The translations under genes were made by a program, and so were the position numbers. DNA of 61,284 nucleotides, counting the filler, from Basidioascus undulatus (taxonomy: Eukaryota): the NCBI GenBank assembly GCA_000826855.1. It is 4 parts of 4 records of this genome, joined end to end, with 100 filler letters (N's around TTAATTAATTAA, not from the genome) between each part and the next. Parts side by side here need not be neighbours in the genome. Positions count along the whole stretch, not along the records: positions 30,274 to 40,550 come from JTLS01001152.1; positions 40,651 to 50,920 come from JTLS01001153.1; 2 more parts are not named here. One strand, written 5' to 3'. Below, piece by piece: positions 37,799 through 50,631 of this stretch. Every line of letters starts with the position of its first letter. Positions within the stretch are counted from its first letter, which is position 1. The notes below the pieces were generated by a model that saw only the letters and a program-made list of their open reading frames with translations, was not told where the DNA came from and did not search any database.

Positions 37799-38900
37799 AT
37801 GTCCGGCCGCGGCGGAGGATTCTTCGACGACGACGACAAGCCCGCCGTGTCTTCCCCGCAGCAGGCGGGCGGGCGCCAGTCGTTCCTCTCCCGCCTGCGC
37901 TCGCCGTCACCCGACCGAGCACCCGCACGCGACGCCGACGGTGATATCGACATTGACGACTTGATAGGCGGGGACGGCGCTGCGGAGGAGACGCACCTCC
38001 AGCGGCTGATGCGTGCGTGGATAAACGAGCGGGGCGCGCCGATGCTCCTCATTTGGGAGGGCGACTTGGTGGATGAGGTGATGGGGCAGCTGGAGGACCA
38101 GGTGAGCTCTGGTTTCAGATGGATTCTTCCTGCGTAGATGGAGGAAGCTGATGCGTGCGGGGATGAAGGTTCGGATGGTAGATCTGTTGCGAGGGGATGA
38201 GAGAAGTGAGGAGGAGGAGCACTTCCAGCTCATGCTCGTACAAACCGAGATGGAGCGGGTCAAGTTCGTGCTGCGATCCTATATACGCGTCCGACTATTC
38301 AAGGTGAGCTGGATACGGATTCCTTCCCATAGAGGCCCTCTTCTAACCCCAACGTTCCGCAGATAGAGCAATACGCGCAGCACATCGTCACTACGCCGGA
38401 GCTACATTCTCTATTGTCCGGCATCGAGCTCGCGCACGCTCAAAAGTGTGTCACTCAGTTACGGCTAAAGCATGAAGGCTTCGCGCTGACGGCCCGCTCA
38501 GATACCAAACGCTGGTAGAGGCACATCACCGCGTCAGTGTGCTGAACTCGTTGCCGCCGACGATGGGCGGACTTGACGACGTCCACGGGGGACACAGAAT
38601 GAGTGCGTGCTCTCTCTCGAATTTTGTCATAACGCAGCATCTGAATCGCCTCTCTCGCAGTTCCCCAGCCGGATCTTGACACGGCCGTGTTCATTCGAGC
38701 GCGGAAGCACTGCGGCGACCTGTCATTACCCAAGTACGTCGCACACCATCCGACTCTCCCGAGCGACATTTGTTTTCAATCCACTGACACATATCCGCTT
38801 CCGCAGTCAATCGATCACCTTGAGCAAGAACAGCATTTTCCTCGTCCGCTTTCAGGATATCGCGAAGCTGCTGATGGACGATTCTATCGAGCTCATCTGA
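37799..38900 (+). CDS. SLD5: GINS complex subunit Sld5
   Basis: LMRAWINERGAPMLL; QTEMERVKFVLRSYIRVRLFKIEQYA; PDLDTAVFIRA; SIFLVRFQDIAKLL...IELI*. Confidence 0.92.
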
Positions 38901-39612
38901 AAGCTCTCATTCCTACTTATATTCGCATTCGCATGATACCCATCGCATTGCCTGCACGGGACTCGGTTTGGGGTGCTTGGCGTGTGGGTGCTACGTGTGC
39001 AACGGGCGCAGGGAGGCGTCGTCTCGGGGCCATCTGAGCTTCGCTCTTCGCATCAGCATGACCGAGCCTCATCGGTTTGCACTCCTGCTCCAATCGTGCT
39101 CCTTTTGCGGTTACTGCTTCCTCTAAAGCACGCCTCGTAATCACTGAGACACTTGAGGTGTTGCCTTGCGTTAGACCATTCCCAACGCAAACAGCTTGTT
39201 GCATATGACGCTCTCTGCTGGGCATGATATGCACGCTGCCAGGGAGAGGCGGTCACGTATCTTCGCATTCGCGCAAGGTCGACAGTGCATGAGCCTCCGC
39301 CTGCCGACGCGCGAGAACCACAGTCAATAAAATGTCGGACAGCGAACAAGCTCGAACCACCACTGACATCGCTCTGAGGCGTGGGTGTACGAGATGAGAA
39401 AGCTTCCGTAATGCTCTTCGACGCCCATTGTAGACCGAGACTCTTGCTAGGAGTGGACACGAAGGTCCGGCAAGAGTCTGGATGCGGCAAGCATACAAGC
39501 ATGCTGCGCTGGGCTCGGAAAAGGGAGACAAGATAGAAAGGAGAGAAGGAATCCAGACTACGCAGACAATGGCGGCCACACGGCATGCAAGTCCGTACAG
39601 GGAGACGGGATA

Positions 39613-39910
39613 TCATGCCCCCTTATCCCCCCTTCTCTCCTCCACCCAATCCACATACCGCTTCGGCAAAAACCCGACCCTTTCCATCTCGTCCCCCGTC
39701 TCCAGCGCGCTTCTCTCCTCCCTCCCAAGCGCGCGCACGCGCAGCTCCCTCGCGCGCGGGTCGAACTCGGCGCGCCACACCGCGCTAGGGTCGCGCACGA
39801 CCTGCGCGCGCAGGAACTCGAGCGTCTGGCTCGCGAAGGCCAGGCAGGGCGCTGCATCCCAGGCGTGCGGCTTTCCCCGCACGAGGCGCGGGATGGAGAG
39901 CGTCTGGAGG
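39613..39910 (-). CDS. RAI1/DXO-like decapping nuclease, last-exon fragment
   Basis: TLSIPRLVRGKPHAWDAAPCLAFASQTLEFL...VWRAEFDP...ERVGFLPKRYVDWV resembles, from recall, basidiomycete Rai1 C-termini. Confidence 0.6.
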
Positions 39911-39914
39911 GAGG

Positions 39915-40478
39915 AGGGAGCGGGGGGGGCAGAGCGGGGAGGGTGCCGTTCATTGTGCATTGGATGAAGTGCTTAGAGGGAATAGCTGTTAGGCGAGCGT
40001 GAAAGAAGGAAGAGAGAGAGGGAGGAAACGGCGCACCATGCCGATGATAAAGTCCGTCAAGTCTAGACTACCCCGTGCCTGCGTGTCCGCCAGGTTCCTA
40101 CATCCCGCAGACCACCCCTCAGCTTCCATCCCCCTCTCCCGCACCCCTCCACACACCCACGCACGACTCACCAGATCTCCCCTAGCTTCTCGTACCCAAG
40201 CTTGCTCTTGAGAAACACCTCCTGCGCCTTGGGGCCGGAGACGAGGCCGTTCGCGGGCCCGCAGCCGGCGAAGATGCGCGTGAAGCGGGCGCGCTCCTCG
40301 GGCGAGATATGCGGGACGGCGGGGGAGGACGGCGTCGCACCTGGCTTGGGCGAGGCGGGCGCACCGGCGCCCAAGGAGCCGCCTGTGGGGGTCGGGGAGA
40401 GCGCGGAGGAGGCGGAGGCGGCGGCGGCGAGGTGCGGAGGGAGGGTGATGTTTTGGAAGTTGGGGAGGGGACCGGCTG
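39915..40478 (-). CDS. EDE1: EH-domain endocytic protein (Ede1/Eps15-like), internal fragment
   Basis: ISPEERARFTRIF...GLVSGPKAQEVFLKSKLGYEKLGEIW|NLADTQARGSLDLTDFIIGM|HFIQCTMNGTLPALP. 5' part is off-contig and the 3' part is absent. Confidence 0.75.
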
Positions 40479-40550
40479 GAAACAGATACCACGCAATGTC
40501 AGGCAAACGGGAACAGGAGAGTGGGTGGAGACGGGAATGAGCGAGAATGC

Positions 40551-40650
40551 NNNNNNNNNNNNNNNNNNNNNNNNNNNNNNNNNNNNNNNNNNNNTTAATT
40601 AATTAANNNNNNNNNNNNNNNNNNNNNNNNNNNNNNNNNNNNNNNNNNNN
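40551..40650. other. Artificial contig spacer
   Basis: N44-TTAATTAATTAA-N44. Confidence 0.97.
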
Positions 40651-40668
40651 AAAATCCCCCACCCGCAG

Positions 40669-41307
40669 GCGAAGCCGCCTACTCCCAGCTGGTCGACTCC
40701 ATCCCGCCCTCGCTGCTCGACCCCTCCCGCGCGGCCCCCTCTGCCGCCGGTGACACGCAGACGCTCGCGCACGACCCCACAGTCGCGACGCGCCTCTCCT
40801 TCCTCGCGCGCTACCGCGAGTTCCATACTCGCTTCCGCGCCGGCGAGCGCGCCGCGGCGGCCCACTTGCTTGTCGAGATGCTCACGCTCGAGATCGCGCC
40901 TAGGCGGTTCTGGGCGGTGCTGCTCGTTGATGCACTGAGCTTGCTTGAAGGTCGGTCTTTCTCCCTCTTTCTTTTTTCTCTTCCTCTTTCCTTTTCCTTC
41001 TTTCGCTTCCTTCTTGCGTGCAGCTGACGGCCTCTCCCCACGCTCGGCAGACGACGCCCTCCTCTTCACGCTCGAGGAGTCGTACGAGCTCCTGCGCTTC
41101 CTGGAGGAGATCACCTCCGCGTCCGCCGCGGGCGCGGGGCTGGACTACCTCGCGCCGCTCGCGCGCATCCTCGACGCGCGCCCGCAGCCGAAGGGGCAGG
41201 CGCAGGCGCAGGAGAAGCGCGGGCTGGACCTAGCGCTCGCGCAGCTCGAGATCGTTAGGCTAGCGCTGGCGAGGCATGTCGCGAGGTGTTGTGTTACTTA
41301 TGGGTGA
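40669..41307 (+). CDS. NUP85: Nucleoporin Nup85, 3' part
   Basis: LVDSIP...RLSFLARYREFH...AAHLLVEML...APRRFWAVLLVDALSLLE|...SYELLRFLEEI...VRLALARHVARC. Confidence 0.85.
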
Positions 41308-41970
41308 GGCGGATGATGGATTCGGCGTTGGGCTGTGCACGTGTGCGGGGTTGAGAGTGCGAGTTGAGTGGGGACAGAAGGTGCGCTGCGAGTGGATGGT
41401 TGGATATAGTCGGAGCCAGGCAAGAGGATCGGACATCGCTATTGGAAGGATGGATCCAAGCGAGCTCGGTTTCGTTGTGCCTTCCCCAAAACGATACCTG
41501 ATCGCTGAAGACCGTGCGACGGACACCTCGCACCAGACGTTCGGCGCTAAATTATACTCCAATTAAGGAAAGATGTCGTTGGTATGAGACGAGTCAGAGG
41601 AAGAAGACAATGAGCGTTGGGAAGGTGAGCTGCTCATGATGATGATGGCAGGAAGCAGGGGGCAGTGTTTTGAGATTCTGACAAGACATGAACAGCGGAA
41701 GGATCGTCGCTCTGGCACGCCAAACTACCTAGCTATGTGCACGGCTCGCCGCATTTCATTACAACTTCCCTCTAGAAGCATGAAGGGGGAATATTCGTTT
41801 AAAAGGCGGGGAATGGAGCCGAAAGCGAGCCGCATGGAAAATGCACATGGCCACGGGCCGCAGTTGCGTCCGTCATGGTGTTTTGCCACCCTCCCTCTTG
41901 CAGGCTTCTCACTCACAACCATCATCACCCACATCCACTCACTGCGTCCTCACCCCTCGAACAGTCTAAC

Positions 41971-43390
41971 ATGTACCCACCTGCTATCGTACAGCGTCCT
42001 GGTCAGCCCGGGCCACACCCGCTTTCGCTGCCGGACGACGACTTGGAGCGGACGCTCACCTAGGTCCCGCACATCCCGGAGCCCCTTCCGGATGGCTACA
42101 GCGGCCGGAACGATGACTGCACAGGACTTTCTCGAGGTTCGGAAGGGTGTCAGTATTTCTTTGTCTGATCCTCGGGTCCTTTCGGAGACTGAATGTCGGG
42201 CTCAACCTGCGACAGCATGCACACCCTCTCGCTCGATGCGCTCTCCACCCGCGGGAAGGGGTATGGCTACGTCCGAATGTTTTGTAGAGAGGACATATTT
42301 GGTACAAAGGTGCCTCTCGAACAAGGGGAAGAACCGGAGGGCTTCCAGCTTGCCAGGGCGAAGGTGGAGCCTTATCGCAGGGCCTGCGAGATCAGTTACG
42401 GGCCATGGCCTCCCTGGCCTCGAGCGCAGACTCCATCTACTCAATTGGTGATGATTCTGGTGGAAAACCTGCCGGAGGACGTAACGAGGTCGATCCTCAA
42501 GGCATTTTTTGCAGAGGCCAAACCGTTGCGTCTCTCTGCGTCCCACCTCCGCATCTAGCTTCGTTATCACTGACCTGCGTTCCTTCAACAGGGAGAACGT
42601 CCTCCTTTTCACGGACTCGATCGAGATCCCCTACCCTCATGTGCATGTCTTCTTCAGCGGCGAGTGCAATGCGCGCCGTGCGGTCGAGCTCGATGGCGAG
42701 CTGCTCTGTGGCCACCGCCTTTCGATCAAGCTTCTCAGCTCTCAGACGCTGCCCATCCGGAAAGGCTGAAGCCGCAGCTCCTCTCCTTTGTATTCACCCT
42801 CATCACCCAAGCGCAGCCGGAGCAGGTCTCCCGCTGTGCGGCCTCCCGCCGCCCCCGCCACCTCTCCAGACCTCCATAGCCGACACGCTCTCCATCCTGT
42901 CCGCCGTCGTCCCCGAAGTCCTCTCGGGTCCTCAGCCCACCGCTGCCCTCTCCAGTCTCTGACTCTCGCACCGCAGAGCTTGGGCGGCGCGTACGAATCC
43001 TCTCCGACGAGCGCGATTTACTGCGCATGCACCTCGCCGAGAAGGACACGCAGATCGCAGCGCTGAGGGCAGAGCTTGCAGCCAAGGACGAGGCGCTCTC
43101 TCGAACAGGCTTGCATGGGGTTCGCGGATGCCTGGAGGACGCGCAGATGGAGGGCGACTGGGCACCGGCTCGCGCTCGCGAGCAGGAGAGCGTGCTGCAG
43201 ACCGCGGCGCACGGGCACCGGCCGGTGTCGGCGACTGTGCTTCAACCGGGTGCGCCAGAGCTTTATGGGTACTATGCGCTACGGAGCCGAAGATGCGCAG
43301 GCAAAGAAGGGTGTCGACCTGGACAGCGCGGAGGAGCAGCAGCGTGTGGTCCGAGAGGCTACGCCGGAGGACTTGAAGGAGTGGTGGTGA
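41971..43390 (+). pseudogene. Degenerate RRM / RS-rich / coiled-coil protein gene
   Basis: RGKGYGYVRM (RNP1-like), ILVENLPEDVT (RNP2-like), ARRAVELDGELLCGHRLSI. In-frame TAG at 42061 and TGA at 42767, with later frameshifts. Confidence 0.55.
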
Positions 43391-45521
43391 GACAGCCTGT
43401 GTGTGTCGAAAGACCTCAAGTGTGAAATGCATGTTTATGTTTTTCTCGCCCAGTGTCATAGATAAGTGGGGGAAAGCATGTGACTTGGGCTCATCACCCG
43501 CGAGAAAGTCGCGAACGCCCGCATGCTGAAGACGACAGCTGCGTTCATCAACTTCGACGGCATTCTGCGGCCCCCTCATGGCTTTGTAAGTTGTTTTACC
43601 TCGTCATTTCTGGTCGGAAGTGTGTTGAGGATGTCTCAGATGTCCCAGGTTGCAGAGGCAGTGGCACCGGACTACGCCGTGCGCCATCCTCGGATTCGTC
43701 GAGTGTCGCCCCTCCAGCGCTGTTGTTATCGGCTCGCCAATTCGCCGACCGAGCTCAGCGCTGCTTCGGCAAAGGCTTGCCTGTCTGACGTCGTTTCTAC
43801 GCCGACGTCGTGGAGGAGATGCTTGTTGGAGAGCTGTATGAGTACTGGTGAGACTATGCTGCTTGCCTGCTTAAATGGCTGCGTCGCCGGCTCTTACACA
43901 CTTCATTGATAATTTCAGTCAGGAACGGGACTGGGACTACTACGAGCAGGACGTGGAGATCGAACATCGCGAAGTGTCGTGTCCCTGTCCCAAGCCGGAC
44001 TACGCTGTCGGACTATGCGTCGCGACCGCTGGCTCTCCGGATCCTTGTGCGAGCGATGTCATCCACTTCGGATTCCTAAACACCATCATGATGCATTGCG
44101 GACTCTACGCTCGTCCCAGTTTCCGTGCGTGACTTACATGCCTGCTAGACTAGGTAGGTACTGACTCTCTCCACTGATCAGCGTCGCTGTTGTCATACCC
44201 CTTCTTCGCTGTTGAAGTCTACCCCTGACGAGCAAGCGATGCTCTTCGCCGAGAATGCGCTCGCGAACGACCTCGAAAAATCCCTCAAGCTACTGCGGAT
44301 GCTGAGGGAGGAGGCTGAGAGCTTGATCTAACAGTGCCTGTCTTCGGCTTAGCCACTGAAGGCGCCCGGTGCCAGGTCTTCTTCGCATACGATGGGGAGT
44401 CTGAGGGTACGATGGGAGGGCCCGGCGTGGTCAGTTGCTTCTTCATCTTTCATATATCTCTCGTCCAACGCACCTGCTGATGGCAATCTTGCTGCATCTT
44501 TCACCCGCAGAACGTCGTTGGTTTGTGGTCGGCCGGACGGGCAACCGATGGGACGCTCTCGGCCTCCTTGTGCTTCTCGACAAGTATTAGAAAATGGGCC
44601 GATGAGGAGTACACGCCGACGGTCCGGGACTTACTCGGGAAGCTGAAGAAGGAGCGGGGCAAGGCTGCATCTTGAGTTGGTCCGGAGCTCGACTGTATGG
44701 TAAAAGCTGAAACTCGCATGTAAGTCTTTGGCGTTTTCCGCGTACCAATGGAAAGCATGACTGTCGGTGCATGCATTGAGAGCTGAAGAGCGGCATCAGC
44801 GCGTTGACTGTGTTGTCGAGGGATGCGGTGCAGTAATGTCCAGGGATGCGGTGCAGCAAGGACTAAATATGCCATAGACCGTCCCTTCCACCAGGCCCGC
44901 CAGCCATGAATGCCTATTGAAAAGCTTCATTTATACGCGATGCAAAACTGTAGACATGCGAGAGGGGTCGGATATTAAGGAATCTCGACGAGAAGCAGCA
45001 CAAAGTATCGTCCTGCGTCTCTCGGAGCTGCTCGCGCACAGGCACTGCCTGTACTCGATGCGATGCGACAACTTGCGTTTATCTGATGATCCTCCGACGT
45101 CGACGACCGGGGAAAACGAATATCGAAGGCGAGAACGCTGAAGTGGACGGACAGTATTGTCCGAAACAGAACAAGCAAGTACAAGACGACTGATAGAGGG
45201 TATCACGGAGCGTGTTGATACGATTCGGGTGCGCGCGGATCGACTACGACGACGCAGCAATGCTAAACTAACTAGTGTGTGTGTGAGAGTGGGAGATGAG
45301 GGATTGCTATCTACTCTAAGGGGACTGTGGTGTGTGTGAGAGCGTGAGCGGGCGTGCATATGCAACAGAGGGGCAGAAAGCGAAGGCGAAGTGGAAAGAA
45401 TAAGCAGACGAATGAAGGTGTGATGATGCTACTACTAGACTACTGGGGCATTGACATTGACGACGAGGGAAACCCAAAGAGAGGGAAGGAAAGCGGAATG
45501 GTGAAGAACAGGGGACAGGGC

Positions 45522-48500
45522 TCAAGCGATGTACGGCGTCAGCCCGGCGCCCTGGACCTTGGCGGGCACCTGGGCGTTGAGCGCGCGGATGAGCTCGAGC
45601 AGCTCCGCACGGACCTCGTCACCGAGCTGGTCGGGCGACGCGGGGTCGAGAACGAGCGCAAAGATGCTCAGGAGCTGGTCGACGTATTGTGAGATGAGCG
45701 CGGGGTCGGAGCGGAAGAGCGCAAAGACCGCGCGGAAGATGGGCCGGTTCTCGAGGAAGTCGTTGCGGAGGGGGAGGACGCCGACGAGCGCGGGGACGAT
45801 CTGCTCGATGGGCAGCGCCGCGCGGTCCTTGAGGATCAGGCGCGCTACCGCGCCAGCGGCGTTGTCGCGCGCGTTGCCGACCGCGGAGGGGGCGTCCGCG
45901 GGGGCGTCGAAGAGGGGGCGGAGGACCTGAAGGATGGACACGTAGTGCGAGGAGAGGTTGGTCTCGGAGTGCTCGACGAGCACGCCCGTCGCGAACGCCG
46001 CGTTCGACCGGACCTCAGCGTCCTCGTCGGCGAGCGCCGCAGTGGTGAGCTTGAGGATTGGCTCGGTGTGCGGGGTCACGCCGCCCTTGAGGCCGACGAT
46101 GATCTCGCCAAGGGAGCCAATGGCCGTTGACCGGTCGCTGAGGGATCGGTTCTTGCGCTGCAGATCCAAGCACCACCCCCCCCATCAGCCCCAGTCACCT
46201 CAACTTCAAGCTACCAGGGAGACGACGCACGTAGTACTTGGTGATAAGCGGCAAGAACGCGCCGAAGGGCTGGCCAAACGCGGGGCCGAGGGTGGTAGCG
46301 AGCGCGCCGACGAGGTCGCACACCGCAGCGATGAGGACCGACTCGTACTCGGCCGCGTCCGCCTCCTCGACGTCCTCCTCCTCGTGGTCCGGGTCGAGCT
46401 GGCAGAGCGACTTGCCCTCCAGGATCTCAGCCGCGTTGGTGCAGAGCTGCTCGACCTCTGCTCATACCAACCAGCCTTCTCGTCAGCCCACCATATCTCC
46501 ACCATTGCGACAATGTTCGTCAACGCACTGTTTCCGCTCAGGACGAGACCGGGGCCCATCTTGTTCAGGGCCTCGGAGAGCTCCTGGCAGATGGCGGTGA
46601 CGACCTGCCTACGAGTCGGAAAGAGCCTCAAGTCAGCCTGCTGCTCCTGAAGCGGGATATCATGCAATCGCAAAGAAAGCCAAGAAGGAAGAGTCAGAGT
46701 ACAAATCGTGTTCATCTCATAGCCCTCTGGGCATCGAGGTGAGCTGAGTTAACGAATGAAGCTCATCATTCGAGTCTCGCAGCGCCGATAGCGCCAAGTA
46801 ACGTGCAAGGCGAGAAAAGACGAGAACACAGCCACTCACTTGTCGTCCTCGGTCACCCACGCCTCGTAGATGGCGGGCATGACGGTGTCGACCATCTTCT
46901 GAACGTTCTCGTGGTAGGGGTTGGGGACGGCGCCGGCGCTCCAGGGCTCGGGGTTAGACTGGTCCCCACGACCCTCCAATCCATCAGCAAACTGCGTTCC
47001 TCCTTTCTCCATTCTCAACCACTGGACGCACGAGCTCGTAGAAGGTAGTCAGGAACGCGAACAAGCTGGCAACCGCGCTCTTGCGGATGCCCTCGTAGTA
47101 GTGCTCGAGCGCGTTGACGAGCTCGCCGAGGCTCTCCTCGACGTACGGCAAGAAGTGCGCCTTGGTGTTGGTGAAGATCTCGCCGATCGCGTCCGCTGCG
47201 ACCTCCTTCTCGATAGCGATCGCGCTGTTGACGGAGAGGTACTTGTCCGGGTCGATGTCCTCGATCGCCCCGTTCGCGCCCTCGCCCTCGCCCGCGTCGA
47301 AGAGGCCCTCAGCTACACAACAAAAGCGCATCAGACCCTTGCTGCGTGAAGGAACGAAGAAGACCAGAAAAAAGGAAGACGCACCACCGTCGATGTCGTC
47401 GTGCTCGGCCTGGCGGAAGCTCTTAAGCAGGCCAGGGACGACGGTAGACAGGAAGGGGGCGAACTCCTCGCCGAACACGCGCGTCATGACGGTGAAGAAG
47501 ATGAACGAGCACTCCCTGAGGCGGGGGCTGTCGATCTCCATGCCCTGATACGCGAGCTGCATGATTTCCTGGAAGTACGGGCGGAACGCCTCGCGGCCCA
47601 CAGCCTCGGCAAGCGTGCCGACAGTGTCCATCGCGACGCCGCGGAGGTCCATCTCCTCGCCCTCGTTCGTGAGCACGAGGAAGGGACGGATGAGTGCGAT
47701 CGTGTCCGGGAAGTACGGCGTGAACTGCGCCTTCGCCGCGTGCGCCGCGGAGCCGATCGCACCCGTCACGGTTGCCTTGACGGGAAGCGGCGCCGTGGAG
47801 AGGAGCCCGACAAGACGCTCCATCAGCATCGGGAGGTACTGGTTAATCTCGTCGCCAAGGACCTCGAGGAGCGCGTCGAGCGCCGTGCACGCAGGGCGCT
47901 GCGTCGCGGGGTCGTTCATCAAGTTGAAGACGAGCTGCTCGTTCCGAAAATGATTTCCTCAGTCAGTCTTGGTTCCTCACAGTTCCTAAGAAAGCGAAGG
48001 AGGTGATGAAGGAGGGAGGGAACGCAGAACGCACAGGGAGAAGCTTCGCGTGGCGCTCGGCGGCCTCCTCATCGAGCATGTCGCACAGGCAGCCGAGGGC
48101 GATGCACGCGGCCTTGCGGACGATGGCGTGCTGGTCCTGGAGGCCGGCCTCGACGAACGGCCAGAGGTCTGCCATGTGCGGGCGGATGTACTCGGAGCAG
48201 CCCTCGACGGTGACGCCGAAGGCCATCATCGCCGACTTGCGCAGCGCCGGCTGGTCCGACGCCATGTACCCGCGCAGCTGCTCGTACAGCGGCGGGAAGA
48301 CCTGCGACGGCGGGAGAGAGGTCGCGAGCGTGTCGAGCACGCGGAACGAGAGCTGGACAGGGCGGCGATATGTGGGGTTAGCGAGAGTGGGGGAAGAGGA
48401 GAGGGGAGGGGGAGACCCACGCGGGAGGGAGAGTCATCGTCAATGTCATCAGGGTCCTCCTCGGCACCGATGGGGAGAAGGCGCTCGAGGATGGGCTTGG

Positions 48501-49917
48501 CGAGGCCCAGGGAGGAGATCTTGGACTTCTTGCTGTTACCGCCAAAGTGCACCACGCATCAGCATCAACTCCTCTTCTCGCCCAGCTCCTTCGCCGCAAG
48601 ATGGAGAAAAACCACGTACTACTTGACAGTCCACAGCAGGCAGTTGAGGCACATGATCCGGAGCGCGTCGTCGTAGTTTGCGTTGGCGGCGGAGGTGAGG
48701 AAGAAGTCGACGAGCTCGGGGATGGTCTTTGCGAGGAGGGGCGCCTCGATGATGAGCAGCGTCTCAAGCACGTCAAACCCGGCCTTGGCGTAGTCCTCGT
48801 TGCCGGCCTCGAGCGCCTGAGCGAGCACCGTCACCATCGGCCCGATCAGGCCCTGGAACGTCTTGATGTCGTTCTTGTCGTCGATGTCGATGTACTCGGC
48901 TACCTTGCCGAGCGCCCTGCACCAAACGCCCAGATCAGTACCTCGTCCTGCCTTTCTGTTCCTTCCCATCCCTGCCTTCCCAGTGGGAGGAGAGGCGAAA
49001 AGGGGAAGGGGAAAAAAACTCACTTGAGCGTCGTGACCCGCACGTCCAAGCTCTCTGGGTCGGAGATGGTGCGCGCAAAGAGAGCAAACAGCTCGGGGAG
49101 GTGGCTCTCGAAGCCGTCGACAATCGTCTCAAGGAGGGCGTAGAGGACGTAGACGCCGATCTCGCGGTGCGTGGCCGTGGGCGACGACGACGCCTGGTGC
49201 AGGTAGCCCAGCAGCTCGGGCCACGTGTTGAGCGGGAGCTCGACCTTCGCGATCGCAGAGATCACGCGCGCGGACGAATGCCGTACGAGGTTGCTGCAGG
49301 CAGGGGCGAAAGGGGTCAGCGGTGAGTCTCGGTGTCCACTGTCCCATTCGCAGATGGTTGGGCGGAGGGAGAAGGAAACGCACTTTTGTTCAGAAAGGAT
49401 GTTCTCGAGCAGGCGCGCCTTAATCGCCTGCCGGGCGTCCTGCGCGAGCGCAGGCCAGAGGTTGAGGCTGCTCGCAACCCTTTTCCGGAGCTCGACCGCC
49501 GCCAATTGCCGGACCTGCTCGCCACAACCCACAGTCCATCATCAGAACCTAGCACGCCGCCACTTCTTTGAACGCAGGTGTACGCACAGGGTCGGCTGGG
49601 GAGGTGGCGAGGATCTCGAAGAGGGCGGGGATGCATTCGGGGGACTTGTAGTACTGCGCGTTGAGCGTCGCAGTGGCCTGTTCGTCCCGCCCGCACTCCA
49701 CGTCAGATCACCACCACCGCCTAGGAGGGATCTCCCCAGTAGAGGAGAAAGGCACGCACGTTCTTGATGATCGCCGTATCGGGCGCGATAGTCTGCTCAA
49801 GCAGCCCATGCAAGTTTTGGACGTACGCCGGCTGTCCCCCCATCACCAGCGCCACCGTCAGCTTCCCCTGTCCCCTGCTTCTTTCTCCCACCACATAGAG
49901 AAGCGACATACGTCCAT
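45522..49917 (-). CDS. KAP123: Importin-4 / karyopherin beta Kap123
   Basis: VRQLAAVELRKRV (IBN_N), VRHSSARVISAIA, HEAT repeats, NSAIAIEKEVAADAIGEIF, HYYEGIRKSA, SDRSTAIGSLGEI, VRSNAAFATG, RDNAAGAVARLI, VLPLRNDFLEN. Confidence 0.92.
46691..46774 (-). ncRNA. Intronic box C/D snoRNA, snR71/U29-like
   Basis: Box C ATGATGA (46769-46763), guide AACTCAGCTCAC, putative D' TCGA, C'-like GAGATGA, box D CTGA (46697-46694). Lies in an unusually long (about 230 nt) KAP123 intron, in sense orientation. Confidence 0.75.
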
Positions 49918-50631
49918 CTCGTCAGTCCCAAAGAAAAAGAAAGTTGGAAGATGTGTGTTGGGGGGGGAGGAGTGTGGCGGGGAGGACGAGCAGAGGCGCA
50001 GAGGCCAGACGAAGGGTGAGGACAAGCGAGAAGGCCCGCCGCCAGCTCGATTTTTTTGAAGCAGCTCGACGCTCAGGCGACAGCTCGCTCGCGCGTGCCA
50101 TGTGCAAGTCCCCCCGCTGTCAGCCGCATAATGAAATATCCGGGACGTTTCGCGAAACGCTGCTTGAAACGCAGGGAGTCTGCGACTCTTTCGAGTCTTT
50201 GCTGCTGGTGCCCATTCTGGTTGTCAAAAGCCACATTTTCTCCAAATACCACTCTAAGATTGAACAGAAGAGGAAGACGCAGTGCTGTCACGGCGGTGCT
50301 CCTGCCAGCAATCCCCCGGCACCGTTCAAGTACTCCCAGAAACCACCGCAGTCTCTGTTGCAGTCCCCTCGCCTCTTCCTTTTCCAACCATATAGGGTAT
50401 AATCAACTTGCGAAAGCAGTCACTGACGCTTACTGCTTCAAGTCGCAAGAAGTCGCTGCTGTTGTCGCCGCTCCTATCCGCATCCCTTCCGCGGCCCAGC
50501 CGCCCCTTCCCGTATGGCTCCTCGCCGACTGCCGTCGTGCCTATTCATTGTTGCCTGCTCCCTGCCCCTTTTCTCCTCTCGCTCCTCCCCTCCCCATCAC
50601 CAGCCCCCGAGCTTCTCCACCCCACCCCGGG

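Noticed and set aside
30430..39910. Capping (CEG1) and decapping (RAI1-like) genes on the same contig
   Set aside because: They are about 8 kb apart with unrelated genes between, and the RAI1 fragment sits at a suspected misjoin; no evidence for a functional cluster.
43523..44330. Possible multi-exon hypothetical gene (RDWDYYEQDVEIEHREV...)
   Set aside because: Intron signals are present but no family is recognised and the frame is uncertain.
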